Shown: positions 31,511 through 41,693 of the stretch, piece after piece
Position numbering within the stretch: position 1 is the first letter of the stretch
How the letters are laid out: each line of letters starts with the position of its first letter
Source: an uncultured Planctomycetia bacterium
GTDB taxonomy: Bacteria > Omnitrophota > Gorgyraeia > 2-02-FULL-51-18
NCBI GenBank assembly: GCA_964628355.1
Contig: CAZVNB010000029.1
Location: forward strand, 3,155-67,154
Length of the DNA stretch: 64,000 nt
Reading direction: 5' to 3'
Position numbers and translations under genes: made by a program
The notes under the pieces: generated by a model
Seen by the model: only the letters and a program-made list of their open reading frames with translations
Databases searched by the model: none
What the model was told of the DNA's origin: nothing

Positions 31511-32817
31511 GATTTCTTTACGACGTGGTTTTTTTCATTTTTTCTCTTTTCTATCTGCCTCTTTTTATTGCGAAAGGAAAATTTGGCGCCTCTTGGCGCC
31601 AGCGGTTTGGCCACGTGAAGCCGGAGATGTTGCGCTGGCTGCATTCCAAGCGCGTGCTTTGGGTGCACGCCGTTTCGGTGGGAGAGATTGGCTTAGCCAT
31701 AGGATTTTTGGACAGACTTCGCGAGGCGCTGCCGGAGGCGCGGTTTGTGATTACCACCACCACGCAGACCGGTTACGAAGTGGCCTCGAAGATAAAAAAA
31801 GACCAGGACACGCTTCTTTATTTTCCGGTAGATTTTCGGTTTTCGGTGCGTTCGTTTATCGACAGCGTTTGTCCAGCGGTGATGGTGTTGTTTGAAACGG
31901 AGATTTGGCCGAATCTGATTTGGGAGCTGTCTGCGCGGAAAATTCCGGTACTTATTTTAAACGGCCGAATTTCGGACCGGGCGTTTGGAAAATATCGAAA
32001 GATCCGGTTTTTTTTACAACGGACATTGGCACAATTGAGCCTGATCGCCGCGCAGGATGTTCGCATGCGTGAGCGTTTCATTGCTCTGGGGGCCGAGCCC
32101 GGTAAAGTGATCGTGACCGGGAATGTGAAGTTTGATTGGAAACCGGCACAAGCGGTATCTGCGCAAGCGCAGCGTCTTCAAAGGGGTTGCAAAAAGGCTT
32201 CCGAATTTTTGTGCGTGGCCGGAAGCACTCACGATGGCGAAGAGCAGATGTTTTTTTCCATTTATCCCACACTCAAAGCCGCCTATCCGGAATTTCGGTT
32301 GCTGATTGCGCCACGCCACTTAAATCGTCTGGCAGCCATTGAAGTGGCTGCCTCCAAGCGGGGACTGCGTACGCAACGCGTTTCTTCCGAAGACGCCGGT
32401 TTTGAGAACGAGAACAACGAGGGGAAGATTTTTCTTTTAAATCAAATGGGGGTTTTGCCATTTTTATATGAGGTGGCGGATTTAGTGTTTGTGGGCGGCA
32501 GTCTTGTCGCGGCGGGAGGGCACAATCTGGTGGAACCGGCTTATTTCAACAAGCCGATCTTATTTGGGCCTTTCATGAATAATTTTATTGAAATGGCCCA
32601 GGAGTTTATAAAAAATGAAGCGGCTTGTCCGGTGACGGACGCGCAAGACCTTGAGAGAAAGATAGGGGAGCTTTTTTGCAACCCCGCGTATCGTCAGTCG
32701 CTCGGCATGGCCGCCAAGCATTTGGTGTTGCGACACCAGGGGGCTACGCAAAAAAATAAAGAGATTTTAGTGGCGGCAATGGGAAGAACGGTGGAAAGGA
32801 AAGCGGTGATGGCATGA
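31507..32817 (+). CDS. waaA: 3-deoxy-D-manno-octulosonic acid (Kdo) transferase
   Basis: It has the WVHAVSVGE motif and an N-terminal membrane anchor, and belongs to the GT30 family. Confidence 0.8.
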   Translation: MRFLYDVVFFIFSLFYLPLFIAKGKFGASWRQRFGHVKPEMLRWLHSKRVLWVHAVSVGEIGLAIGFLDRLREALPEARFVITTTTQTGYEVASKIKKDQDTLLYFPVDFRFSVRSFIDSVCPAVMVLFETEIWPNLIWELSARKIPVLILNGRISDRAFGKYRKIRFFLQRTLAQLSLIAAQDVRMRERFIALGAEPGKVIVTGNVKFDWKPAQAVSAQAQRLQRGCKKASEFLCVAGSTHDGEEQMFFSIYPTLKAAYPEFRLLIAPRHLNRLAAIEVAASKRGLRTQRVSSEDAGFENENNEGKIFLLNQMGVLPFLYEVADLVFVGGSLVAAGGHNLVEPAYFNKPILFGPFMNNFIEMAQEFIKNEAACPVTDAQDLERKIGELFCNPAYRQSLGMAAKHLVLRHQGATQKNKEILVAAMGRTVERKAVMA

Positions 32818-33794
32818 GAAAGATTTTTGGAAAAATATTGGCATCCATTTATGGCCTTGTCGTGCAGGTTTGGCGGGCAAGTTACGACTGGTTTTCATTC
32901 CGTAAAAAAAAGGTCAATGCGCGTGTGATTAGCGTGGGCAATATCACTTGGGGTGGCACGGGCAAAACGCCGCTCACGGCCAAGCTTGCGCAGTTGCTCC
33001 ACGAGGAGGGAAAGAAGGTGGCGGTGCTTACGCGTGGGTACGGGCGCGACGAGGTGCAGGAGCTTCAAAAGAAACTGCCGGGAATTCCGGTGCTGGTGGG
33101 ACGTGATCGCGTTGGCACGGCGCAACAAGCTATCGCCGAGCATGGCGCCGAAATCCTGATTTTGGATGACGGTTTCCAACACATCCGGTTGCATCGGGAT
33201 CTTGACATCGTGGCGCTTAACTCCACCGAGCCTTTTGGCCCCGGCGGACTTTTACCTCTGGGAACGTTGCGGGAACCTCTGGAAAATCTGTCGCGCGCGC
33301 AGTTGTTTGTGCTTACCAAGTGCAATATTGGCTCGAAAAATGTGCACTGGATCCGGCAGAAACTGAATACGCTTAAACCCAACGCCGTTATTTTCGAGGC
33401 GATTCATCAACCGTTGGGTTTTTTGGATCCTTTAAAAAAAACCCGCATGGAATTGGGAGCTATTCGAAACCGCAAAGTAGGAGCTCTTTCGGGCATCGGT
33501 GATCCGTATTCGTTTGAGAAAACCGTGGAGTTTCTTGGCGGAGATATTTTGCTGGCTGCTCGCTATGATGACCATCACGAGTTTAAGGAATCCGAGATTG
33601 CGCAGTTTATCAAGCAGTGCCGCCAACTGGGGTTACGCGAAGCAGTCACCACCGAAAAAGATTTTTTCCGAATTGCGCCGATTCTCGAGAAGCACTCAAC
33701 CGACCAGTGGCGGGGTTTTACGTTTTGGGTGCTGGAGATTGAATTTCAGGTCAACGATGAAGAAGATTTCCTTCGAAGATGTCTTAATTCTTAA
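32814..33794 (+). CDS. lpxK: Tetraacyldisaccharide 4'-kinase
   Basis: It has the VGNITWGGTGKTP P-loop. Confidence 0.85.
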   Translation: MRKIFGKILASIYGLVVQVWRASYDWFSFRKKKVNARVISVGNITWGGTGKTPLTAKLAQLLHEEGKKVAVLTRGYGRDEVQELQKKLPGIPVLVGRDRVGTAQQAIAEHGAEILILDDGFQHIRLHRDLDIVALNSTEPFGPGGLLPLGTLREPLENLSRAQLFVLTKCNIGSKNVHWIRQKLNTLKPNAVIFEAIHQPLGFLDPLKKTRMELGAIRNRKVGALSGIGDPYSFEKTVEFLGGDILLAARYDDHHEFKESEIAQFIKQCRQLGLREAVTTEKDFFRIAPILEKHSTDQWRGFTFWVLEIEFQVNDEEDFLRRCLNS

Positions 33795-35724
33795 CGCCAT
33801 TCGTTTAGGGCGTTTTTGCGTACGCGTGCTGCCGATCGGCGTTGCAATGGCCGTGGCTCGCCTTATCGGACGCCTAGTGTACGCCACGTCCAAACGACGC
33901 CGAATTGCCTATAAAAACCTGCGCATGGCGTTTGCGGGCGAGAAGTCTTCCAAAGAACTTAAGCGTATCGCGCGAGCTTCCATGGAAAACCTCGCGATGT
34001 CGGGAGTTGATCTTTTGCGTATTCCCGAAATGAACCGCCAATACGTCGAAAAATATTTTCGCATCGAAGGTAGGGAAAAATTTGAGCCCTATATCGCGCG
34101 TGGACAGGGCGTCATTTTTTTGACCGGGCATTTTGGCAGTTGGGAGCTTTTGAACATTGCCGGTGGTCTGCTGGGATATCCGATGGTGGCGTTGGCGCGT
34201 GTGCAGAAACACCCGCGTTCCGACGCCTATTTAAATCAACTAAGAGCCTCCAAAGGTAGCCAGGTGATTCATAAAGGAATGCCGGTGAGGGAGATTTTAC
34301 GCGCGCTACGAAGGGGACAGGTGGTGGGTATTTTGAGCGATCAGGATGGCGGAAAAAACGGAAGCTTCGTGCGTTTTTTTAACCGCCTTTCTTCGACACC
34401 TGCCGGTGTGGCCACGTTTGCGCTTCGCACGGGCGCTGCGATTGTCCCGGGTTTTATTTTTAGGGAGAAAAACCATCGTCACCGGATCGAGCTTGAAAGT
34501 CCGCTTGAGCTTCCCAATTCCTCGCTGTCTTCCGTGGATGCGGAGCGCTTTCTTTTGCAGCAGTTTGCGGATACGCTAGAAAAGAAAATAAGGCGTTCGC
34601 CGGAGCAGTGGTTGTGGGCGCACCGGCGCTGGAAATCTTCTCCGGACCGGAAAGTGGTGATTTTGAGTGACGATAAGCCCGGCCACTTGAATCAGTCGCT
34701 GGTTCTCTACGAGGCCCTTCGACGCGAGCGCCAAGCCCAGGGATTTTCCGTCGAGGGTTTTCAAAAAAAAGTGATCGAAGTGCGTTTCCGAAATGGTTTT
34801 TTGAAAAAATTCTGGAAGCTAGCGGGCTTTTTATTTCACGGTTGCCCGCCGTTTGCCGACCGGCTGCTAAAGTGGGTGTTGATGCCGGAGTGTGCGTGTG
34901 AAATCACCGAGTCGTACGCGGATATCGTAATTTCCTGCGGTTGGTCATTGACGGAAATCAATTTATGGATGAAAAAAGAAAATTTGGCCAAATCGATGGT
35001 GGTTATGAAGCCGGCGAATTTTTCTAAAAAATTTGACGTCGTGATCGCCCCACGACACGATCATTTAGCGCCCGCCGACAATATTTTTGAAACAGACGGG
35101 GCGCTGTTTAGGTTGGATGAGCAAGAAATGAGGCGTCAGGGCGCCAAATTGGCAACGGAGCTGGGACTTTCCGCAAACGGAAAACGCCTGGGGCTGTTGG
35201 TGGGTGGCGACGCGGCCCGTTTAATTTTTGACAAGCCGCTTTTCGAGGCTTTCATGAACGAAGTACGCCGTGCAGCTCTTTTCTCCGGAGTCATGGTTTT
35301 AGCCACCACTTCCCGTCGCACTCCTGGCTGGGCGGATCGTTGTCTTAAGGAAATTTTTTCCGATCCTCATTGTTGCCCATTGCTGGTCATTGCCAATGAA
35401 GCCAACCGCCCGGGGGTTGTGGCAGGAATTATTGCGCTCTCCGATGTGATTTTGGTATCCGGCGAATCCATGTCGATGGTTTCCGAAGCGGTGTCCAGTG
35501 GCAAGCCCGTCATCGTTTTCAGCCCTTGGAAAAAAGCGTCTTTTAAAAGAAAATATCAGCATTACTTAAGCGCCCTAGAAAAAAAAGGCCTTATACGGCA
35601 CTGCACGCATGAGAATTTAGAGGAAATTCTTGAACATCAGATGCAGCGCTCCCTCACAGTGCTTTCCCAAGTCCCCGATTCTTGTAAATCCGTGCTTAGC
35701 CAGGCGGCCAAAAGGATTTTTTGA
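33757..35724 (+). CDS. Lipid A late acyltransferase (LpxL/HtrB/MsbB family) fused to a C-terminal ELM1/DUF1022 domain
   Basis: The N-terminal ~300 aa form an LPLAT domain (LTGHFGSWELL...ILSDQDGG). The C-terminal ~350 aa start KVVILSDDKPGHLNQSLVLYEAL, which is typical of DUF1022/ELM1. The probable start MKKISFEDV at 33757 overlaps the lpxK end; the ORF-track start at 33499 is rejected. Confidence 0.7.
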   Translation: MKKISFEDVLILNAIRLGRFCVRVLPIGVAMAVARLIGRLVYATSKRRRIAYKNLRMAFAGEKSSKELKRIARASMENLAMSGVDLLRIPEMNRQYVEKYFRIEGREKFEPYIARGQGVIFLTGHFGSWELLNIAGGLLGYPMVALARVQKHPRSDAYLNQLRASKGSQVIHKGMPVREILRALRRGQVVGILSDQDGGKNGSFVRFFNRLSSTPAGVATFALRTGAAIVPGFIFREKNHRHRIELESPLELPNSSLSSVDAERFLLQQFADTLEKKIRRSPEQWLWAHRRWKSSPDRKVVILSDDKPGHLNQSLVLYEALRRERQAQGFSVEGFQKKVIEVRFRNGFLKKFWKLAGFLFHGCPPFADRLLKWVLMPECACEITESYADIVISCGWSLTEINLWMKKENLAKSMVVMKPANFSKKFDVVIAPRHDHLAPADNIFETDGALFRLDEQEMRRQGAKLATELGLSANGKRLGLLVGGDAARLIFDKPLFEAFMNEVRRAALFSGVMVLATTSRRTPGWADRCLKEIFSDPHCCPLLVIANEANRPGVVAGIIALSDVILVSGESMSMVSEAVSSGKPVIVFSPWKKASFKRKYQHYLSALEKKGLIRHCTHENLEEILEHQMQRSLTVLSQVPDSCKSVLSQAAKRIF

Positions 35725-35725
35725 T

Positions 35726-37864
35726 ATGAATATTCTACAGATATTGCCGGAACTAAAATCAGGGGGTGTGGAACGGGGCACCATTGATCTTGCTAAATAT
35801 TTAAGGAAGCAGGGGCATAAGGCGGTGGTCGTATCCGCGGGCGGACCGTTGGTGGGCGAATTGACGTCAGCCGGCGTGACACATTATGCGTTGCCAGTTC
35901 ACCACAAGTCTTTATTTTCCATCATTCGATCGGTGGGCGCGTTGACTCGCATTGTGCGCATGGAAGCGATTGACGTGATTCATGCCCGCAGTCGCGTGCC
36001 GGCGTTGATCGCGTTTTTGGTCAGTCGCCGCGCGCAAATCCCCATGGTAACGACTTGCCACGGTTATTATAGCAAGCATCTTTTAAGCCGTGTCATGGGT
36101 TGGGGAAAAATCGTCATTGTCGCAAGCCATATCATCGGAAAGCGCATGCGGGATGATTTTGGAGTCGCTCATCAAAAAATAAGGCTGATCCACCGCGGCG
36201 TGAATTTAGAAGAATTTAAATTAAGTTCCGACGTCGAAAAAGAAAAATCCCGAGAAATCATCATCGGCATGGTGGGCCGCTTGACGCCGATTAAAGGTCA
36301 TCCGTTTTTTTTGAAGGCGATGGCCCGGGTCGTGCGCGTGTTTCCTAATATTAAAATCCAGATCATCGGAGATGCCCCCAAAGCCCAATACAAGGAAGAG
36401 TTGATGATGTTGACGCGCAATCTGGGACTTTCTCATGCGGTGCAATTTTTAGGCACGCGTTACGATATTCCCGAGCTGTTGTCGAAGTTCACATTATTGG
36501 TCGCACCTTCGGTGGGCGAAGAAGCGTTTGGTCGCGTGGTGATCGAAGCCGGTGCTTGTGGAATTCCCGTGGTGGCGACGCGGATGGGGGGATTGGTTGA
36601 TATTATCGAGCATGAAAAAGATGGATTGCTTGTGCCACCCGACGACCCGAGAATTTTAGCGGAAGCCGTTTTGCGTTTACTCAAAGAACCGGAGTTGGCC
36701 AAACAGTTGTCTTTATCGCTTCGCGCAAAAGTAGAAAAAGAATTCGGTCTGGAGCTCATGTTTGAAAAAACTTTAAAAGTCTACCAGGAGGCGCTTTCGC
36801 AAAAAAGAATTTTAGTGATTAAGTTGAGCGCGCTGGGTGACGTTATTTTGAGCATTCCATCACTGCGCGCGCTGCGGAAGGAATATCCCAAAGCCTGGAT
36901 TTCGGTGCTGGTCGGCAGAAGATCAAGAAAGATTGCTCGCAACTGTCCGTATGTGAATGACGTAATCATTTACGAGGAGTCTCACCCTGGGCGTTGGATC
37001 TGGCTGGTCAAGATGGCGTGCTTGCTGGCCAAAGAGGATTTTGACACCGTGGTGGACCTACAGAACAACCGCGTGAGCCATTTTTTGGCTTTTTTTTGCG
37101 GAGCCCCTATTCGTGTCGGCCACGGCAATGGGAAGTGGTCTTTTTTTCTTAATAAAAAAACCTCCGGAAATCTTCACAAGCTTTCGCCTTTGGAGCACCA
37201 ATTTGAGGTACTGAAGTTGATCGACATCCAGCCTTCGGAAAAACGGCTTGAGCTTTGGACCGAACCGGAAGAGGACGAATCGGTGCAGCGTTTTCTCCAG
37301 TCCCAGTGGGTGTCGCCGAGTCAAGTTTTGGTGGGGATAAACCCGGGCTCTTCGCTGCGTTGGCCCACCAAGCAATGGCCGGTGGAAAATTTTGCGAAAC
37401 TTTGCGATGAGCTGGCCAGAAGAAATATTCGCGTGGTGGTGACGGGTTCTCAAGAAGAGGCGCCCATTGCCCAGGAACTTTTTAGAATCACTCGAAATAA
37501 ACCTGTCAATGCCGTTGGAAAAACTTCCATCACGGAGCTGGTGGCGTTGATCCGTCGCTGTCAGGTTTTTGTCAGTTCGGACTCGGCGCCCATGCATATC
37601 GCCTCCGGCGCGCAAGTGCCTTTGGTGGCCATTTTTGGCCCCACCGATCCCAAGCGACACCTGGTCGCTCCGGAGCATCACCAGGTTTTTTGGAAAGAAG
37701 TGCCGTGCAGTCCCTGTTATCTTCGAAGTTGTCCCATTGGTCATGTTTGCATGAAGAAGATCACGGTGCAGGAGGTATTGGATGCCGTGCTGCATTTCAT
37801 TCACCAGAAGCATGGGCAGCCGACGCTCAGCGCGGCATTTCACAAGGGGCTTGAGGAAAATTGA
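35726..37864 (+). CDS. Two-domain glycosyltransferase: N-terminal GT4 (GT1-fold) fused to C-terminal GT9 heptosyltransferase-like domain
   Basis: The N-terminus MNILQILPELKSGGVERGTIDLAKYL and the EX7E-type motif EAFGRVVIEAGACGIPVV mark the GT4 domain. The second half starts ILVIKLSALGDVILSIPSLRALRKEYP, the GT9 signature. Confidence 0.7.
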   Translation: MNILQILPELKSGGVERGTIDLAKYLRKQGHKAVVVSAGGPLVGELTSAGVTHYALPVHHKSLFSIIRSVGALTRIVRMEAIDVIHARSRVPALIAFLVSRRAQIPMVTTCHGYYSKHLLSRVMGWGKIVIVASHIIGKRMRDDFGVAHQKIRLIHRGVNLEEFKLSSDVEKEKSREIIIGMVGRLTPIKGHPFFLKAMARVVRVFPNIKIQIIGDAPKAQYKEELMMLTRNLGLSHAVQFLGTRYDIPELLSKFTLLVAPSVGEEAFGRVVIEAGACGIPVVATRMGGLVDIIEHEKDGLLVPPDDPRILAEAVLRLLKEPELAKQLSLSLRAKVEKEFGLELMFEKTLKVYQEALSQKRILVIKLSALGDVILSIPSLRALRKEYPKAWISVLVGRRSRKIARNCPYVNDVIIYEESHPGRWIWLVKMACLLAKEDFDTVVDLQNNRVSHFLAFFCGAPIRVGHGNGKWSFFLNKKTSGNLHKLSPLEHQFEVLKLIDIQPSEKRLELWTEPEEDESVQRFLQSQWVSPSQVLVGINPGSSLRWPTKQWPVENFAKLCDELARRNIRVVVTGSQEEAPIAQELFRITRNKPVNAVGKTSITELVALIRRCQVFVSSDSAPMHIASGAQVPLVAIFGPTDPKRHLVAPEHHQVFWKEVPCSPCYLRSCPIGHVCMKKITVQEVLDAVLHFIHQKHGQPTLSAAFHKGLEEN

Positions 37865-38640
37865 TGCGGCATCTTTTGACTCGTAAAAACCTCTCATTGG
37901 CGGTGATGGTTGCAACTCTGTTTGTTTTTGCAACCGGTGTTCAAAAAACCTGCTATGAAATTCCCGTCCTGATGTATCACCACGTGGATTATTCCCCGGA
38001 GCCGTCCGGAGTCTACGTGAGGCCGGAAACGTTTGAGCGGCAAATGGAATTTCTCAAGGTGCATCGTTATCGCGTGACGGAGTTATCGGAGATCATCCGG
38101 CTGATAAAAACCGGCCAAAATATTCCGCGCAAAACCGTTGTTATCACTTTCGATGACGGATACTTGGATAATTTTCAAAACGCCTTTCCGGTGCTAAAAA
38201 AAATGGATTTTCCCGCAACGATTTTTATGATTAGCTCGAATGTCAATCACCAAGGGTGGTTGTCCGAGGAGGATTTGCGCATTCTCGATGGGTCGCGGAT
38301 CACGATAGGCAGCCATACGGCGCATCACGCTTTTTTGCCGGGCGTCCGGCTTGCGGATGCCAATACGGAGTTGATCGATTCCAAAAAAGAACTTGAGAAA
38401 ATCCTAGGCCACCCGGTCACGCTTTTTAGCTATCCGGCGGGAGGCCTGACGTCTGGCATTGAAGCGTTGGTGAAAGAAACCGGCTACGAAGGCGCCGTTA
38501 CGACCAATTACCACAAGAACCGTCACGACCCTTATGCGCTGCATCGCATTAAAATTACCGATGCCGCCGGAAATTTGTTCAATTTTTGGCTTAAGACCAG
38601 CGGTTATTACCACCTGGGAAAAAAAAGAGTCAAGGCGTGA
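37861..38640 (+). CDS. Polysaccharide deacetylase (NodB homology domain)
   Basis: It has an N-terminal anchor, VVITFDDGYLDNF and the HTAHH His motifs. Confidence 0.75.
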   Translation: MMRHLLTRKNLSLAVMVATLFVFATGVQKTCYEIPVLMYHHVDYSPEPSGVYVRPETFERQMEFLKVHRYRVTELSEIIRLIKTGQNIPRKTVVITFDDGYLDNFQNAFPVLKKMDFPATIFMISSNVNHQGWLSEEDLRILDGSRITIGSHTAHHAFLPGVRLADANTELIDSKKELEKILGHPVTLFSYPAGGLTSGIEALVKETGYEGAVTTNYHKNRHDPYALHRIKITDAAGNLFNFWLKTSGYYHLGKKRVKA

Positions 38641-39650
38641 ACCGTGTTTTGATCGTAAACGCAAACTGGTTGGGCGACGTTCTTTTTTCAACGCCCGCCA
38701 TCCGGGCAATCCGTAAAAAATATCCCCATAGTTTTATCACCTGCCTGGCGCCCAGTCGCGTGAAAAATATTTTATCGAACAACCCACATTTAAACGAAGT
38801 GATCACTTATAACGACCGCATCTCTCTTTTTTCCGTATGGGGAATCGCGCGCGTGGTGACTCAAATCCAAAAAAGGAAATTGGACACCGCGTTTTTTTTT
38901 CACCGATCCAAAACCAAAGCTTTGTTGACAATGCTTGCCGGTGTTAAGGAAAGAATCGGATTTGCGACCCCTCTCCGACAAAAAATTTTGACTCAAGCCG
39001 TGCCGCTGCCCCCAAAGCCGCTTCACCGCATCGACACCTATCTTTACCTTCTTGAGCAGGCAGGAATTCTGTCCGATGGGCGGCACATGGAGTTTTATCC
39101 CAAGCCGGAGGCCCAACAGACGCTGTGGAAACTGATGCAGCGTCCTGAGCGTTACGTTGTTTTGCACGCGGGTGGTAATTGGCATTTGAAGCGTTGGCCC
39201 GTGGATTATTTTGTGCAGTGGATTGGTTTGTGGCTCAAAGAGTTTCAGGGAAAAATCGTGTTGTGCGGCACTGCACCCGAAGCGGAAATCGCAGAGCAAA
39301 TCCAGTCCCACTTTTCAAAAAAAGACGTGGTATCTTTATGCGGAAAAACCAGCTTGGATGAACTGGCCTGGCTTCTCAAAGGCGCTGAGTTTCTTTTATC
39401 CAATGATTCCGGTCCGATTCATTTGGCGGCAACGCAAAAAACAAAAATTCTCGGCTTGTTCGGGCCTACGTCTCCACAGTTGACAGTACCGGTTTCGCTG
39501 GCTCCGCTGCGCATTCTCTGGAAGGATGTGGGGTGCGAAATCCCCTGCTATTTTCGCTCATGCCACTACCGTGTTTGCATGGAGTGGTTGAGTCCGGAAG
39601 AAGCGGTGCAACAGGCTCGCGTTTTATGCCAAATGGCGGATGACACGTGA
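38637..39650 (+). CDS. Glycosyltransferase family 9 (LPS heptosyltransferase-like)
   Basis: VLIVNANWLGDVLFSTPAIRAIRKKYP is present, with the C-terminal GT-B half ending SNDSGPIHLAA. Confidence 0.75.
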   Translation: MNRVLIVNANWLGDVLFSTPAIRAIRKKYPHSFITCLAPSRVKNILSNNPHLNEVITYNDRISLFSVWGIARVVTQIQKRKLDTAFFFHRSKTKALLTMLAGVKERIGFATPLRQKILTQAVPLPPKPLHRIDTYLYLLEQAGILSDGRHMEFYPKPEAQQTLWKLMQRPERYVVLHAGGNWHLKRWPVDYFVQWIGLWLKEFQGKIVLCGTAPEAEIAEQIQSHFSKKDVVSLCGKTSLDELAWLLKGAEFLLSNDSGPIHLAATQKTKILGLFGPTSPQLTVPVSLAPLRILWKDVGCEIPCYFRSCHYRVCMEWLSPEEAVQQARVLCQMADDT

Positions 39651-39683
39651 CACGGAAAGCGAAGTCTGGCGCTAAAGGAAAAA

Positions 39684-41693
39684 ATGAAGAAAGAAATTAA
39701 GAAAATTTTAGTGGTCACGCTGTCAAACCTTGGTGATGTCGTGCTGACGCTGCCTGTGTTCCAATCACTGTTGCATGCTTATCCAAAAGCTGAGTTACAC
39801 GCGATGGTCGGCCCTGGCGCCCGGAGGGTGTTGGAAAATGACAAACGCATCCAAAAGGTCATCGTTTACGACAAAAAAAAGATTTTTTTAGAAAAATGGG
39901 GAATGCTGCGCGAGATTCGAAAGCAGCGCTACGACGTGATCATCGATTTAAGACACTCCCTGATCGGACTTTTTGGCGGCTCAAGAATCCGAAATAGTTA
40001 CTTTAATTTTTTTTCCAATCAAATCCACCGGCGGGATCGTCATTTGAGTTCTTTGAAAGGCATCGCCGCGGCGTGGGACGAAGAAAGTTTTCTGAAATCC
40101 AAACCGGAGTCGATAAAAAATTTTCATGAATCTGGACAGGCGGTGGTGGTGGCCGTCGGCTCCAAAAGCGACGTTAAAAAATGGCCAGCGGAATATTTTG
40201 CGCGATTGCTGGATCGTCTGGCCCTTGAGCAAGGCTGCCAAATCGTTTTGATTGGTGACAAAGCGGACTCTGCTGATGCTGAAAAAGTAAAACACTTGAT
40301 GATTTCACGCGTAGAGGACCGCACTGGTCAAACGGATTGGACGGGGCTACTCTCGGTGATTCGGGCTGCTTCGCTTGTGGTGACAAACGACAGCGCGCCG
40401 CTTCATATTGCCGACTCGCTCAAAGTGCCAACACTTGCCATTTTTGGTCCGACGGATCCCGGCAAGTACGGCCCGCGCATGTCCGGAAGCATGGCTGTTA
40501 CGCGGAAAATTTTTTGTTCCCCCTGCGAAAAAGCGCAGTGCCGTTTTAACCATGAGTGTTTAAAAGAGCTTGCGCCCGACGAGGTTTACCAAAAAGCGAC
40601 TCAAATTTTGAATGACCGGACACGCAGCGAAAATTTTAAAATTTTGATTGTGCGGCTGGATCGTCTGGGAGATCTCGTGCTGTCTTTGCCCGCTATCCAG
40701 GCGCTGCGGCGCCAGTATCCTCAGGCGCGGATTACGTTAGTGACGCGCGCTTGGACGCGTCCGTTGCTGGAAGGTCATCCGTGGGTGGATGAGGTGATTT
40801 CATACGACTACGAGAAAAAGGGAAGGCACCGGTTTGGGCTGGGTTATTTTAGATTTTTAAAAGAAATTATTTCCCGACGGTTTGATGTGGCGTTTATTTT
40901 GCATCCGGGGGTGCGTTCTTATCTAGTGCCGTTTTTGGCCGGCATTCCTTATCGCCTGGGATACCAAAGTCTCTGGGGATTTCTTTTAACCTCGTCGGTG
41001 CCCGATCTGCGCCACCAGGGCCTCCGGCACGAATCCGAATACGGCCTTGAGGTGGTGCACGCTTTTGGGGTAGGCACCGGGCAGCATTTGCAGGCGCGTC
41101 TTTTTCCGTCGCGTTTGCTGAGCTTGAAGCTGGCAAACGAATTTGGCATGGGCATAGCCGGCCAGCCGGATCTTTGGATCGCGATTCATGTGGGTTCCAG
41201 TTGCGTTTCCAAACGTTGGAGCGTCGAGCGTTTTGAGGCGTTGGGGAAGAAAATCTTTCAGCAGTTTCCTCACCGGCTTGTCCTTATTGGCGCAAAAGAA
41301 GAAATCAAATTAGGCCAACAGCTTAAAGCCTCATGGGGTGAGCGCGCGCTGGACTTGACAGGAGAACTGAATTTGAAAGAATTGCCGGCGTTACTTGAGC
41401 GTTGCGAGCTGTTGGTGTCCAACGATTCCGGCCCGGTGCACGTAGCTGCGGCGGTCGGCACCCGAGTGATCAGCCTTTTTGGCCGTAACCAAGCGGGTTT
41501 AAGTCCCAAACGCTGGCGCCCACTTGGCACCGGCCACGCGGTGATACAAAAAGACGTGGGATGCGTCGTGTGTCTGGCGCATCAGTGTCCGATAGAATTC
41601 GAATGCTTAAAAGCTATTTCAGTAGAGGAGGTATTCGAAAAAGTCTGTGGGATGCTGCAACCAGGTCCGGCTCGGGATGTTGTTGGTGTTTGA
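39684..41693 (+). CDS. Tandem GT9-GT9 fusion glycosyltransferase (two heptosyltransferase-like modules)
   Basis: Module 1 starts ILVVTLSNLGDVVLTLPVFQSLLHAYP and ends VTNDSAPLHIA. Module 2 starts ILIVRLDRLGDLVLSLPAIQALRRQYP and ends VSNDSGPVHVAA. Confidence 0.75.
   Translation: MKKEIKKILVVTLSNLGDVVLTLPVFQSLLHAYPKAELHAMVGPGARRVLENDKRIQKVIVYDKKKIFLEKWGMLREIRKQRYDVIIDLRHSLIGLFGGSRIRNSYFNFFSNQIHRRDRHLSSLKGIAAAWDEESFLKSKPESIKNFHESGQAVVVAVGSKSDVKKWPAEYFARLLDRLALEQGCQIVLIGDKADSADAEKVKHLMISRVEDRTGQTDWTGLLSVIRAASLVVTNDSAPLHIADSLKVPTLAIFGPTDPGKYGPRMSGSMAVTRKIFCSPCEKAQCRFNHECLKELAPDEVYQKATQILNDRTRSENFKILIVRLDRLGDLVLSLPAIQALRRQYPQARITLVTRAWTRPLLEGHPWVDEVISYDYEKKGRHRFGLGYFRFLKEIISRRFDVAFILHPGVRSYLVPFLAGIPYRLGYQSLWGFLLTSSVPDLRHQGLRHESEYGLEVVHAFGVGTGQHLQARLFPSRLLSLKLANEFGMGIAGQPDLWIAIHVGSSCVSKRWSVERFEALGKKIFQQFPHRLVLIGAKEEIKLGQQLKASWGERALDLTGELNLKELPALLERCELLVSNDSGPVHVAAAVGTRVISLFGRNQAGLSPKRWRPLGTGHAVIQKDVGCVVCLAHQCPIEFECLKAISVEEVFEKVCGMLQPGPARDVVGV

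Noticed and set aside
33499-33756. The upstream 86 codons of the LpxL-ELM1 ORF-track model.
   Set aside because: They fully overlap lpxK in another frame and have no acyltransferase homology. The conserved MKKISFEDV start at 33757 is preferred.
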